Below are positions 39,206 to 48,224 of a stretch of DNA of 64,000 nucleotides, piece after piece; within the stretch, counting starts at the first letter, position 1; every line of letters starts with the position of its first letter. This stretch comes from a bacterium. GTDB lineage: Bacteria > UBA8248. The notes beneath the pieces are model-generated. The model did not search any database, was not told the DNA's origin, and saw nothing but the letters and a program-made list of their open reading frames with translations. The stretch is taken from NCBI GenBank assembly GCA_965203325.1, contig OZ241875.1, positions 1,472,001-1,536,000 of the forward strand, read 5' to 3'. The position numbers were made by a program, and so were the translations under genes.

Positions 39206-41133
39206 CTTTTCTGCTCCAGATACCACTCGCCGAGCGGCGTGATGCGTAAAACTCCTGCTTCTTCCCGCGCCAGACCGCCGCGCAGAACTTCTTTTCTGAC
39301 CTCGGCCGCTTGAGTCGGCGCGCCGAAGCGGGCTTGGGCGTCCAAATCCAGATGCGCATCGACGGCCGCAATATCCATTTCACGCTCCCTCAAGGCTTCG
39401 AGCAAGCTCGCCTCCGCCCGCGCGCCGGGGGCGCCATGGTCCTTCATGCGCCCTAGAATCTCGCGCAGCACCTCATCCCCAACGGCGCAGAGTTTTTCTT
39501 CCCACCCGGCGGGGCTTCTCAGAACCACGCCCGTCCGGCTCTCGGTGCCCGAGTTCCTTACATAAACCGCGCCCAGCGGCCCGCCCGCCCCGTCTTCCAG
39601 GGCGAGATACATGACGCCCGCATCGTCCTCCAAAGGCGCAAAGCGGGGAGTGGCTACGCCCGAGAAGGCGCTCTTCGCAGCCTCCATCAGTTTCGCGCCG
39701 ATGGCCTCCCACGCTTCCGTTCCCGGCGCGAAGCGGCTCCGCGCCACGTGGTAGGCATAATAAGACCTCTTGAACCCCCGGGGAAACGGCGCAGCGACCG
39801 CCACATACGCTTCTTCGGGTTCGGCGTTCTCGAAAAGGCTCCGCAGCGCGGCACAGGTGTTGAGGAAACTCTTGAGACCGTCTCCTGCCGCGAGCCTGCG
39901 CCCCTCGCCCAAAGCGTTGACGAGCAGGCCCGGCACGACCGTGTGGCCCGATTCCTCACCCCCCAGGGCGAAGCGGTCCCCGAACCTGCGCGCCTCGTTC
40001 AATATCCACTTATCCCCCACGGGGGTGAAGACGACGCGCAGGCCCGTCTCATTCAGGGCCGCCGCCGCGCCCGAATCGCTCTCTATCGTGATGGCGGCCA
40101 CGCCGTCTTCGGGCAGTTCATTCTCCCGCTCAAGGAAACGGGCTTGTAAGACGAGCGCGTCGTCGCCGTCCAGGACGTGAAGCGCATCCCGGAACGGATT
40201 GTAGACGAGGGAGTAGCCCCTGTCGCCGTCGGCGTCCAGGACGCAGGCCGCCGCCAGGCCGTCGCCTTTTTTCAGATCTTTCCTCCGCGCGCGGCCCGCC
40301 TCAAACAGCGCGCGCGCGCCCGCGTGACCGTCGATGAAACCGGCGTCCGTGCCCTCGACGATGCGCCTGCCTTCGAGAGCGACCACGCCGCCGCCCTCGT
40401 TCACACGGCCATCGCCCAAGGCGTTCACCTCACGCACGCTCAAAGGATGAAATTCCTCCAGCACCTGTGCGGCCAGTCCGCTCCACGCCCCCGCCGCGGG
40501 GTCCACCACGAGGCTCCACCGCGCAAGGTCGCCCGCGCGCAGCCAGCAGTTGGGAAGCTGGGTAATGTAATCGACGTAAAACGCGCGCGCCTCGGCGGCT
40601 GCTTCCACGCCGTGTCCGCTCTCGGGCGTCTGCTCGATCGCGCTCCACTCGTTCGCCCAGACGCGGGCGCTCAACGCCGCATCCTCATCCGGCAGGGGCT
40701 TGGTCGAGTCGGGGGCCAACAGGATTTTCACGCCGTTTTGCTCCGGGGGGTTGTGAGATGCGGTGAGGACCACCGCGCCCGCTCCGCCCACGCCCGCCAG
40801 ATAGGCCGCCGCCGCAGGCGTCGGCATCACGCCGAGCGAGAGGGCGTGCGCGCCCGCACGAAGGAGACCGTTCACGCACGCGGCAGTGAATTCCCCCGCA
40901 ACGTCCCTCGGGTCCCAAGCCAGCACCACCGCGGTCGGGGAGATGAGCTGCTCCGAGGCTCTTTCCAGAAACCAGGCGCCGGCTTCGAAAACGTAGTGCT
41001 CGACGAAGCGGGGCGTGAGGATTCCATACTCCAGGAAGGCCGTGCGCCCGTCGACCCCCTCCGCCTGTGGGTGATCCTCATCGGCGGCGAGGCCACGAAC
41101 CCCGTCCGTTCCCTGAAACTTCGCGTTCGGCAT
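39202..41133 (-). CDS. Phosphohexomutase (GlmM-like, unusually long)
   Basis: GTDGVRG, TASHNP, DADGDR, VGDK, GGEESGH, RNSGTE. Confidence 0.82.
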   Translation of the reverse strand: MPNAKFQGTDGVRGLAADEDHPQAEGVDGRTAFLEYGILTPRFVEHYVFEAGAWFLERASEQLISPTAVVLAWDPRDVAGEFTAACVNGLLRAGAHALSLGVMPTPAAAAYLAGVGGAGAVVLTASHNPPEQNGVKILLAPDSTKPLPDEDAALSARVWANEWSAIEQTPESGHGVEAAAEARAFYVDYITQLPNCWLRAGDLARWSLVVDPAAGAWSGLAAQVLEEFHPLSVREVNALGDGRVNEGGGVVALEGRRIVEGTDAGFIDGHAGARALFEAGRARRKDLKKGDGLAAACVLDADGDRGYSLVYNPFRDALHVLDGDDALVLQARFLERENELPEDGVAAITIESDSGAAAALNETGLRVVFTPVGDKWILNEARRFGDRFALGGEESGHTVVPGLLVNALGEGRRLAAGDGLKSFLNTCAALRSLFENAEPEEAYVAVAAPFPRGFKRSYYAYHVARSRFAPGTEAWEAIGAKLMEAAKSAFSGVATPRFAPLEDDAGVMYLALEDGAGGPLGAVYVRNSGTESRTGVVLRSPAGWEEKLCAVGDEVLREILGRMKDHGAPGARAEASLLEALREREMDIAAVDAHLDLDAQARFGAPTQAAEVRKEVLRGGLAREEAGVLRITPLGEWYLEQKR

Positions 41134-41147
41134 TTCGGGGAGCGCCC

Positions 41148-42971
41148 TCAGGCGACGGTGACGGACTTCGCCAGCGCGCGCGGCCTGTCGACGTCGCGCT
41201 TGAGCGCCACCGCGAGGAAATACGCCAAAAGCTGCCCCGAGACGAGATGCAGGAAGGGCGCAAGCTGCGCGGATACCCTCGGCAGCACGATCTCTTCGCT
41301 GAAGAGCCCTTCCACCATCTCGTCTCCCTCGAAGCGGTAGCCCAGGACGAAGCCGCCGCGCGCGCGGACTTCTTCCGCGCTGCTCCTGGTGAGCGCGTGG
41401 AGTTCGGCTTCCTCGGGCGTGGGCATCAGGACGATGGTGTGCATGTTCTCATCTATCAGGGAGATGGTGCCGTGCTTCAAGAACCCCGCGCTCATCCCCT
41501 CCGCGTGTAGGTAGGTGACTTCCTTCATCTTGAGCGCGCATTCGAGCGCCGCGGGATAGTAGATGCCCCGGCCCAGGTAGAGCCAGTTCTTCATGTGCTG
41601 GTGCGCCTGCGCGGCCGTGTGGAAATAGCCCGAGCGTTCGTTGAGCGTCTCGAGCACGAGGTCGGACAAGGAGGCGACCTCTTCCCGCAGCGCCTCGACC
41701 TCCGCCTCGCTCAGACGCCCCGCGAGCAGACCCAGCTCCATCGAGGCGAGCAGCAATACGACCGCCTGGCTCAGGGCCGTCTTGGTGCTGATGACGCATT
41801 TTTCGGGTCCCGCGCCCTGGAGTATCGGAACGTCCACCGAACGGACCAGGGTGGAGCCCATCATGTTCACGATGCCCGCCGTCCTGGCGCCGCTCGCTTT
41901 CGCATGGCGCAGGGCGCTCAGGGTGTCGTAGGTCTCTCCCGACTGGCTGATGGCGCAAAAGCCGTCCTCGGGCCCGATATCCGCGATGTGGGCGAACTCG
42001 TCCGTACTGACGACGGGGAGATACTTCCCCCCCAGGCGGCTGAAGAAATACTGCCCCATCGACGCGATGTAATAAGTCGTTCCGACGCCGCCCAGAAAGC
42101 ATTGCCGCGATTCGTGAATCATCCCGGCCAGCGCCTGGATATCCTCCCTCGGAATCTGGAGGGCGGCCTGGACGGTGGTGGGCTGATCGTAAATCTCCTT
42201 GAGCATGAAATGGGGGTAGCCGCCCCGGCGCGCCTTCTCCGCGTCCCACTCGATCTCGGTGACTTCCTTGTCGACGCGTTCTCGGGTGAGCAGACTCTTG
42301 ACCGCATAGCTCTCCGGCGTGATGAGCGCGTATTCGCCGTCTTCCATGATGATCGCCCGGCGGGTGAACTCGAAGAACGCGCTGAAGTCCGACCCCACGT
42401 AGTTGGCGTCGTCCCCAAGGCCGATGATGAGGGGCGATTCGCGCTTCACGCAGAAGATACGGCCCGGTGAGTCGACCGAGATGACCGCCAGGGCGAAGGT
42501 GCCCTCGAGCTCGTCGATCGCCTCGACGAAGCCCTCCTCCACGTCCTGGCCGTTTCGCGCGATTTTCTGCGCCACCAGATGCGCGATGACTTCCGAATCC
42601 GTCTCGGAGCGGAACGCCGCGCCGTCGCGCGAGAGCCTCTCCTTGAGCTCCTTGTAGTTCGAGATGATGCCGTTGTGGACCACGGCCAGACGGCTCTCGT
42701 TGTCCGCGTGGGGGTGCGCGTTCGCCTGCGTCACCCCGCCGTGCGTCGCCCAGCGCGTATGCGCGATGCCCACCAGGCCCTTCATGTCCGTGAAGCGCTC
42801 CAGGGAATTCACCGCCTCCACGGTGCCCACGTTCTTTCGGATGTCTATCGCCCCGTTTCTCTGGACGGCCATGCCGCAGGAGTCGTATCCGCGGTATTCG
42901 AGAGCCGCGATGGAGCGCAGGAGCTTTTGCGAGACGTTCGCGCTCGCCGCCATGCCCGCGATGCCGCACAT
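41148..42971 (-). CDS. glmS: Glutamine--fructose-6-phosphate transaminase
   Basis: MCGI, LEYRGYDS, HTRWATHG, SQSGET, ALKMKEV, LAKSVTV. Confidence 0.95.
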   Translation of the reverse strand: MCGIAGMAASANVSQKLLRSIAALEYRGYDSCGMAVQRNGAIDIRKNVGTVEAVNSLERFTDMKGLVGIAHTRWATHGGVTQANAHPHADNESRLAVVHNGIISNYKELKERLSRDGAAFRSETDSEVIAHLVAQKIARNGQDVEEGFVEAIDELEGTFALAVISVDSPGRIFCVKRESPLIIGLGDDANYVGSDFSAFFEFTRRAIIMEDGEYALITPESYAVKSLLTRERVDKEVTEIEWDAEKARRGGYPHFMLKEIYDQPTTVQAALQIPREDIQALAGMIHESRQCFLGGVGTTYYIASMGQYFFSRLGGKYLPVVSTDEFAHIADIGPEDGFCAISQSGETYDTLSALRHAKASGARTAGIVNMMGSTLVRSVDVPILQGAGPEKCVISTKTALSQAVVLLLASMELGLLAGRLSEAEVEALREEVASLSDLVLETLNERSGYFHTAAQAHQHMKNWLYLGRGIYYPAALECALKMKEVTYLHAEGMSAGFLKHGTISLIDENMHTIVLMPTPEEAELHALTRSSAEEVRARGGFVLGYRFEGDEMVEGLFSEEIVLPRVSAQLAPFLHLVSGQLLAYFLAVALKRDVDRPRALAKSVTVA

Positions 42972-42972
42972 G

Positions 42973-44178
42973 CTAGTTCTCTCCCCGGGGATAGGTATGG
43001 TGGTGCGGAACGACTTCACCGGGCGGCACGACGGTTCCCGAGGCCAGCGTATTCGAGGCGCCGACCAGCGCCCCGTCGCCCAGGAAGGAGCCCACCTTGT
43101 CGAGGCCCGAATCGACCTCGCCCTCCGGCATGGGCACCATGATGGGGGACTGGTCGAGATTCTGAATCAGCGTCAGCGTACCCGAACCCACCACGGCGTC
43201 CTCGCCGACGACGCTGTCGCCCACGAAGGAGAGGCGCCCCACCCGGACGCCGTTGAAGAGGATGCAGTTTTTGAGCTCCACGCCGAAGCCGATGGTCGCG
43301 TTCGCGCCGATGGCCGTATAGGGGCGCACCAAGACCCCGTTTCCCAGAAACGTATTCTCCCCGATGAAGCACGGGCCGAAGATGGAGGCACCCGATTCGA
43401 TCACCACGTTTTTCTCGATCACGACGGGCCCCCGGAACTGCACCGCGCCCCGAAGGCGCACGCTGCCGTCCACGCGGGCCTCGCTCCAGGTGTCCATGAC
43501 CATCTGGTTTCCCTTGAGCAGATCCCAGGGGTGCTGGGCGTCCAGCCAGGGTTCCTCCCAGATCGAGGAGCGAATCCCCTCGCCCGCGCAGAGTTCGTTG
43601 AACGCCTCGTCCATCTCGAGGCTTTCGAGCAAATCGAACAGCCGGTAGGGCATGACGAACACGCCGGCCAGCACGTAATTGCCCACCTCGCGCTCCACGG
43701 GCTTCTCCACCAGCCGCTCTATCTGCATGTCCTTGCCGAGATAGACCGTGCCGTAGTTCTGGGCATGGGGGGTGTGGCAAATCGCCGCCACGGGCTGGTG
43801 AAAAGAGCCGAACGCCTGAACGACCTGGCGGTACATGTTCTCCGACGCCAGCACGTCCGCGTATACCAGCAGAAACGACTCATCCTCCTGAAAATGGCCT
43901 TTCGCGAGGCTGATGGCGTCGCGGATGCCCGTGGGCTCTTCCTGGCGGATGTACTGAATCGTCATCCCGTAGCGCGAACCCTGGCCGAATTCGTTGATGA
44001 TCCTGTCGGCGCGGTGACCGACGACGACGACCAGATCGCTGACGCCGGCGGCGCGTATTTTCTTGAGCGCCGAATGCAGGAGCATCTCGCCCGCCATCGG
44101 CAGCATCGCCTTGGGCCGGGTATTCGTAAACGGATATAAACCGGCTCCTCGGCCGGCCGCCAGAATCAGTGCCCTCAC
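42973..44178 (-). CDS. Bifunctional sugar-1-phosphate nucleotidyltransferase/acetyltransferase (archaeal GlmU-like)
   Basis: ALILAAG.G...PFTNTRPKAM, EKP, PWDLL, C-terminal hexapeptide repeats. Confidence 0.82.
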   Translation of the reverse strand: MRALILAAGRGAGLYPFTNTRPKAMLPMAGEMLLHSALKKIRAAGVSDLVVVVGHRADRIINEFGQGSRYGMTIQYIRQEEPTGIRDAISLAKGHFQEDESFLLVYADVLASENMYRQVVQAFGSFHQPVAAICHTPHAQNYGTVYLGKDMQIERLVEKPVEREVGNYVLAGVFVMPYRLFDLLESLEMDEAFNELCAGEGIRSSIWEEPWLDAQHPWDLLKGNQMVMDTWSEARVDGSVRLRGAVQFRGPVVIEKNVVIESGASIFGPCFIGENTFLGNGVLVRPYTAIGANATIGFGVELKNCILFNGVRVGRLSFVGDSVVGEDAVVGSGTLTLIQNLDQSPIMVPMPEGEVDSGLDKVGSFLGDGALVGASNTLASGTVVPPGEVVPHHHTYPRGEN

Positions 44179-44402
44179 GAGATACCTTCCTGAAATTCGT
44201 ACAAATCCGCCCCGAAACGGGCGCTTCCACTCGCTTTTTCTATCTTGCGGGGGAAATTATAGCAAATCGGGGTTGTGGAAAAACCCCGTGTCGCGAGCAT
44301 CGCCCTTACCCCCTGACAAGGAGGTGTTAAAAAACCCTTGCGGGTCGGGCCAAATCACTCCCCACTTGATGGGGCTGTTGAAAAAGTCGGAGAAGGAAGT
44401 GT

Positions 44403-44471
44403 GTAGGGGTCGCATACATGCGACCCTGTTTTTTTCTCCCACTACGAGGGCCGCATGTATGCGGCCCCTAC
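44403..44471. repeat. GTAG-type REP doublet (inverted pair)
   Basis: GTAGGGGTCGCATACATGCGACCC ... GGGCCGCATGTATGCGGCCCCTAC. Confidence 0.85.
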
Positions 44472-44551
44472 ACTCCCTGCGACAAGGCCGAATCCTATTG
44501 CCGTCATTGCAGGGCTTTTCAACCAACCCAGATCAGGCGGCTTTGCGCGCA

Positions 44552-45313
44552 TCAGCCCTTGAACCGGCGCTTCTCGTAAATCTCCTGCGCCCGGCGCAGG
44601 TCCTCCGGCGTGTTCACGCCCAGCGCCTCTTCGGGCGACGCCAGCTCAAGGCCTTGGATAACGCGACCCTCGGCGCGCGCGATAGGGAAAACGTCGGGCA
44701 GGTAGTACTCCCCCTGGTTGTTCTCGGCCCTGATCCTCGGCAGGGCGGCGCGCAGGAAAGCGGCCTCGAAGGCATAGGCGCCCGTGTTGATCTCGATAAT
44801 TTCCTTCTGCGCATCCGTCGCGTCCGCCTCCTCCACCACGCCGATGAGTTCCCCCCCCTCGCGCAGGGCGCGGCCATACCCGTGCGGCTCCCCGGCAATG
44901 GCCGTGAGCATGGTGGCCGTCGCATCCGCCTCAACATGAAGGCGCGCCAACTGCTTGAGAGTAGCCGTTCGTATCAAGGGCGCATCGCCGCACAGGAGAT
45001 ACAGATGTTCCGCCTCGGAGGACAGGGCGGACAAGCCGACCTCGGCGGCATGGCCCGTGCCGAGCTGTTCTTCCTGAACGGTGAAAACGATATCCCCGTC
45101 ATCGCCGGAAAACGCCTCCTGAACGTCCCGGGCCTGATGGCCCACGACGACGACGATGGCGTGAGCGCCCGCCGCTCTCGCAGTGGCTACGACATGGCGG
45201 ATCATCGGCTCCCCGCCCACCGGATGGAGCACTTTCGCCAGCGGGGACCCCATGCGTTTTCCCCGGCCGGCCGCAAGGATGACGGCGGCGAATCCATCGC
45301 CTCGATGCGCCAA
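44552..45313 (-). CDS. Stand-alone GlmU N-terminal uridyltransferase domain
   Basis: VILAAGRGKRM.S...KVLH, QLGTGHA, GDAPL, YGR, EINTG, NNQGEYYL, GVNT; ends before any beta-helix. Confidence 0.85.
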   Translation of the reverse strand: MAHRGDGFAAVILAAGRGKRMGSPLAKVLHPVGGEPMIRHVVATARAAGAHAIVVVVGHQARDVQEAFSGDDGDIVFTVQEEQLGTGHAAEVGLSALSSEAEHLYLLCGDAPLIRTATLKQLARLHVEADATATMLTAIAGEPHGYGRALREGGELIGVVEEADATDAQKEIIEINTGAYAFEAAFLRAALPRIRAENNQGEYYLPDVFPIARAEGRVIQGLELASPEEALGVNTPEDLRRAQEIYEKRRFKG

Positions 45314-45317
45314 AAAT

Positions 45318-46706
45318 TTATCTCCGGCGGGAGGGGGAAGGCTTGGTGAGGCCGAATTCCAGGAGTTTTCTTCTCAGCGTGTTGCGGTTCATGCCCAACA
45401 GGCGCGCCGCCTGCACCTGGTTTCCGCCCGCTTCGCGGAGCACCAGTTCGAGCAGGGGTTTTTCGACGCTGCGGATGGTGTGGTCATAGAAGTCGCTGCT
45501 CTCCCCATCGCCCAGGGCGGTGACCACCGAGGAGAGCCTGTCGCGGAAAAAGCCCTCGATGTCGCCGCCTCCCTTTCCCCGGGGCGTGGAGCTCAAGTCA
45601 TCGAGCGAAATCGAGTTGCCCTCGCTCACGAGGAAGGCGCGGCACACGGCCATCTCGAGTTCGGACTCATTTCCCCACCATTTTTGCCCCGAAAACCAAT
45701 CCATCGCCGCCGGCGTGATCCGCCTTCTCGGCTGACCGATGCGGCTCGAGAATTCATCCAGAATCCCCTGGGCCACGAGCGAAATGTCCTTTTTTCGATC
45801 GCGCAGCGGGGGAATCTTGATGAAGCGAGTTGTTTCCTTGCGATACAGACGCTTGAGAATCGTGTCCTGTATCAGCCTTTCGGGGTCGTGCGTACAGCCG
45901 AATATCACGCGGAACTCTTGGGAGAGGCTTTTTTTCCCAAAAACCTTTGCCAACGCCTTCTGGTGATCCCTGCCGATGAGCTGGGCGTCCTCGATGAAGA
46001 GCGTACCCCCTTTTTCGACGATATCGCCCTCTTCGCCGCGTTTTTCTTCCATGCGCTTGATGGCTTTCTCCAGCACCGAGGCGCGCCTCATTTTCGGCCC
46101 CCAGTGCAGGAACGGATGCCTCGCACCGGGATACTGGGAATGCAGCGCGCGGGCGACGAGCCTGAAATTCAGCCCCTTCTCCCCTTCGAGGAGAATCGTG
46201 CGGTATTTCTGCCCCGCAAGCTGAATCGAGCGCCTCAGCCTCTCCGCCGCCGCGCTCGTTCCCACGAACCGCCAGCCGCCGGACTCTTCCCGCGCCTCGG
46301 TGCGAAGCCACCTGAGCTCCCTGCGAAGATTTCCCTCCTCGCTCAAGGCGCGTGAGAACTGGAACACTTCCTCGGGATGTACCTCGTCGACGAAAACAGC
46401 CCTCGCGCCCGAGTTGATGCTCAAGGGCGTGAACCCCTTGTCCTCGGGGCGCAGCACCGCGGCGAAAGGCTTGCCCGTCTCCGCGATTCTCCGCATCGGG
46501 GCCGCCGCTGCGGGGTCGGTCGCCCCGTAAAGAATGAAGTCGCACCAATTCGTGCGCGCGCGCGCCTTATGAGGCGTTTCGAAATAAAGCGTCTCCATGC
46601 CGATGTTCCGCAAGCCGCCGAGCAAACCCTCTCTTGCCGGCGTGAGGCGGCCTACGAAGAGCGCCTTGGCGCGTATCGCTTCCTTGTTGATTGCGCTCAC
46701 CGGCAC
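45318..46706 (-). CDS. Degenerate sigma54-activator-like protein with Fis HTH
   Basis: IPPLRDRKKDI, WWGNESEL, GGNQVQAARLLGMNRNTLRRKL; Walker A and GAFTGA degenerate. Confidence 0.78.
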   Translation of the reverse strand: MPVSAINKEAIRAKALFVGRLTPAREGLLGGLRNIGMETLYFETPHKARARTNWCDFILYGATDPAAAAPMRRIAETGKPFAAVLRPEDKGFTPLSINSGARAVFVDEVHPEEVFQFSRALSEEGNLRRELRWLRTEAREESGGWRFVGTSAAAERLRRSIQLAGQKYRTILLEGEKGLNFRLVARALHSQYPGARHPFLHWGPKMRRASVLEKAIKRMEEKRGEEGDIVEKGGTLFIEDAQLIGRDHQKALAKVFGKKSLSQEFRVIFGCTHDPERLIQDTILKRLYRKETTRFIKIPPLRDRKKDISLVAQGILDEFSSRIGQPRRRITPAAMDWFSGQKWWGNESELEMAVCRAFLVSEGNSISLDDLSSTPRGKGGGDIEGFFRDRLSSVVTALGDGESSDFYDHTIRSVEKPLLELVLREAGGNQVQAARLLGMNRNTLRRKLLEFGLTKPSPSRRR

Positions 46707-46712
46707 ATATCC

Positions 46713-47018
46713 TCAAAATATCCGAAAGACCGGCCCGGTATCCGAAAGACCGGAAAAGACCACTTTATCGCCGATGGACGGCTCGCTTTCGTCATCATCC
46801 GCCAAGCGGGCGAGTATTCGCCCCCCCTCTTCCAACTCCACCAAAGCGAGAAGGTAGGGCGTCGGCATCCCCTGGGCCCCCATGTGAACCGATGAGAAGC
46901 TGTAGACGACTCCCCGCCCGGAGGCTCGCCTCTCCTCCATCTGTGCGCCGCAATGCCCGCAGCGCTCCGCGCCTTCCAGATAAATCCGCCCGCATCCGGC
47001 GCAAACGAAGGTCTCCAT
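46713..47018 (-). CDS. DUF35 Zn-ribbon/OB-fold protein
   Basis: CAGC..CGHC, G.GVVYSFS.VH, PYLLALVELEEG. Confidence 0.88.
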   Translation of the reverse strand: METFVCAGCGRIYLEGAERCGHCGAQMEERRASGRGVVYSFSSVHMGAQGMPTPYLLALVELEEGGRILARLADDDESEPSIGDKVVFSGLSDTGPVFRIF

Positions 47019-47043
47019 GCGTGAACACCCGCCCTTCTCCGCC

Positions 47044-48204
47044 TCAGGCGGTCGCACCCAGAATATGCACGGCGCACGTGGCGCCCGAGCCTCCCAGATT
47101 GTGGGCCAGACCCACCTCGGCGCCCGGAACCTGGCGCGCGCCCGCCTCTCCGCGCAGCTGAAGCGTGAGTTCATGAATCTGCGCCACGCCCGTCGCCCCT
47201 ACCGGGTGGCCTTTCGATTTCAGGCCGCCGCTGGTGTTCACCGGCATCGCGCCGCCGAGCTTCGTCATCCCCTCGACCGCGCCGCGGCCTCCCTCGCCTT
47301 TGGCGAAAAACCCCAAATCCTCGAGCGCGATGATCTCCGCCATCGTGAAACAATCGTGAATCTCGGCCAGGTCGACGTCCTCGCGGCTCAGCCCCGCCTG
47401 GGAGAAAGCCGCCTCTCCCGCCTTTTGCGTGGCGTAAAACGACGTAATGTCGCGCTTGTCGGAGAGCGCGGGAGAATCCGAAGCCTGCGCCGATGCGAGA
47501 ACCTCGACGGGCTTTTCATGATACGCAGCGGCCGTTTCCGCCGGGCACAGCACGACGGCCGCCGCCCCGTCGCTGATGAGCGAACAATCGAAAAGCCCGA
47601 GCGGTTCGGCAACGGGCTTGGCGTCCAGCACTTGAGGAAGCGTCACGTCCTTTTGCATGTGGGCGTTCGGGTTGAGCTTGCCGTGGGCGTGGTTTTTCAC
47701 CGCCACGTGGGCGATCTCCTCGCGCGTCGTCCCGTGCTCGTGCATGTGGCGCCGGGCGATGAGGCCGAAAAGGGCGGGAAACGTGGAGCCGACGCTCGCC
47801 TCCACCGCCACGTCCCCGGCGGCGGCGAGGATGGAGGCCGTCTCGTCCGTCTCGGCGGAAGTCATCTTCTCCACACCCGCGATGAGGACGAAATCCACCT
47901 GGCCCGAAGCCACGGCCAGCACCCCCTGGCGCATGGCGAGTCCCCCGGAGGCGCAAGCGCCCTCGAGACGGGTGCAGGGCACCGCGCCCAGCCCCGCCGC
48001 GTGCGCCACCATGGGCGCGATGTGGTTCTGCCCGGTGAAGGCCTGGCCGGCGAAATTCCCCAGAAAAAACGCCTCGATCCGCTCAGGACCGAGGCCCGCG
48101 TCTTCAAGCGCGTCCCTGCAGGCGATTGCCCCCAGGGCGACGAGACTCTCCGCCCGCACCCCGAAGGGCGTGATGCCCACTCCGATGATCGATACGCCGC
48201 GCAC
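47044..48204 (-). CDS. Thiolase domain protein (SCP-x type)
   Basis: EGACASGG, DCSLISDGAAA, EIHDCFT, GHPVGATG, HNLGG. Confidence 0.9.
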   Translation of the reverse strand: MRGVSIIGVGITPFGVRAESLVALGAIACRDALEDAGLGPERIEAFFLGNFAGQAFTGQNHIAPMVAHAAGLGAVPCTRLEGACASGGLAMRQGVLAVASGQVDFVLIAGVEKMTSAETDETASILAAAGDVAVEASVGSTFPALFGLIARRHMHEHGTTREEIAHVAVKNHAHGKLNPNAHMQKDVTLPQVLDAKPVAEPLGLFDCSLISDGAAAVVLCPAETAAAYHEKPVEVLASAQASDSPALSDKRDITSFYATQKAGEAAFSQAGLSREDVDLAEIHDCFTMAEIIALEDLGFFAKGEGGRGAVEGMTKLGGAMPVNTSGGLKSKGHPVGATGVAQIHELTLQLRGEAGARQVPGAEVGLAHNLGGSGATCAVHILGATA

Positions 48205-48224
48205 TTTTCACCCCCTCGCTGTAT

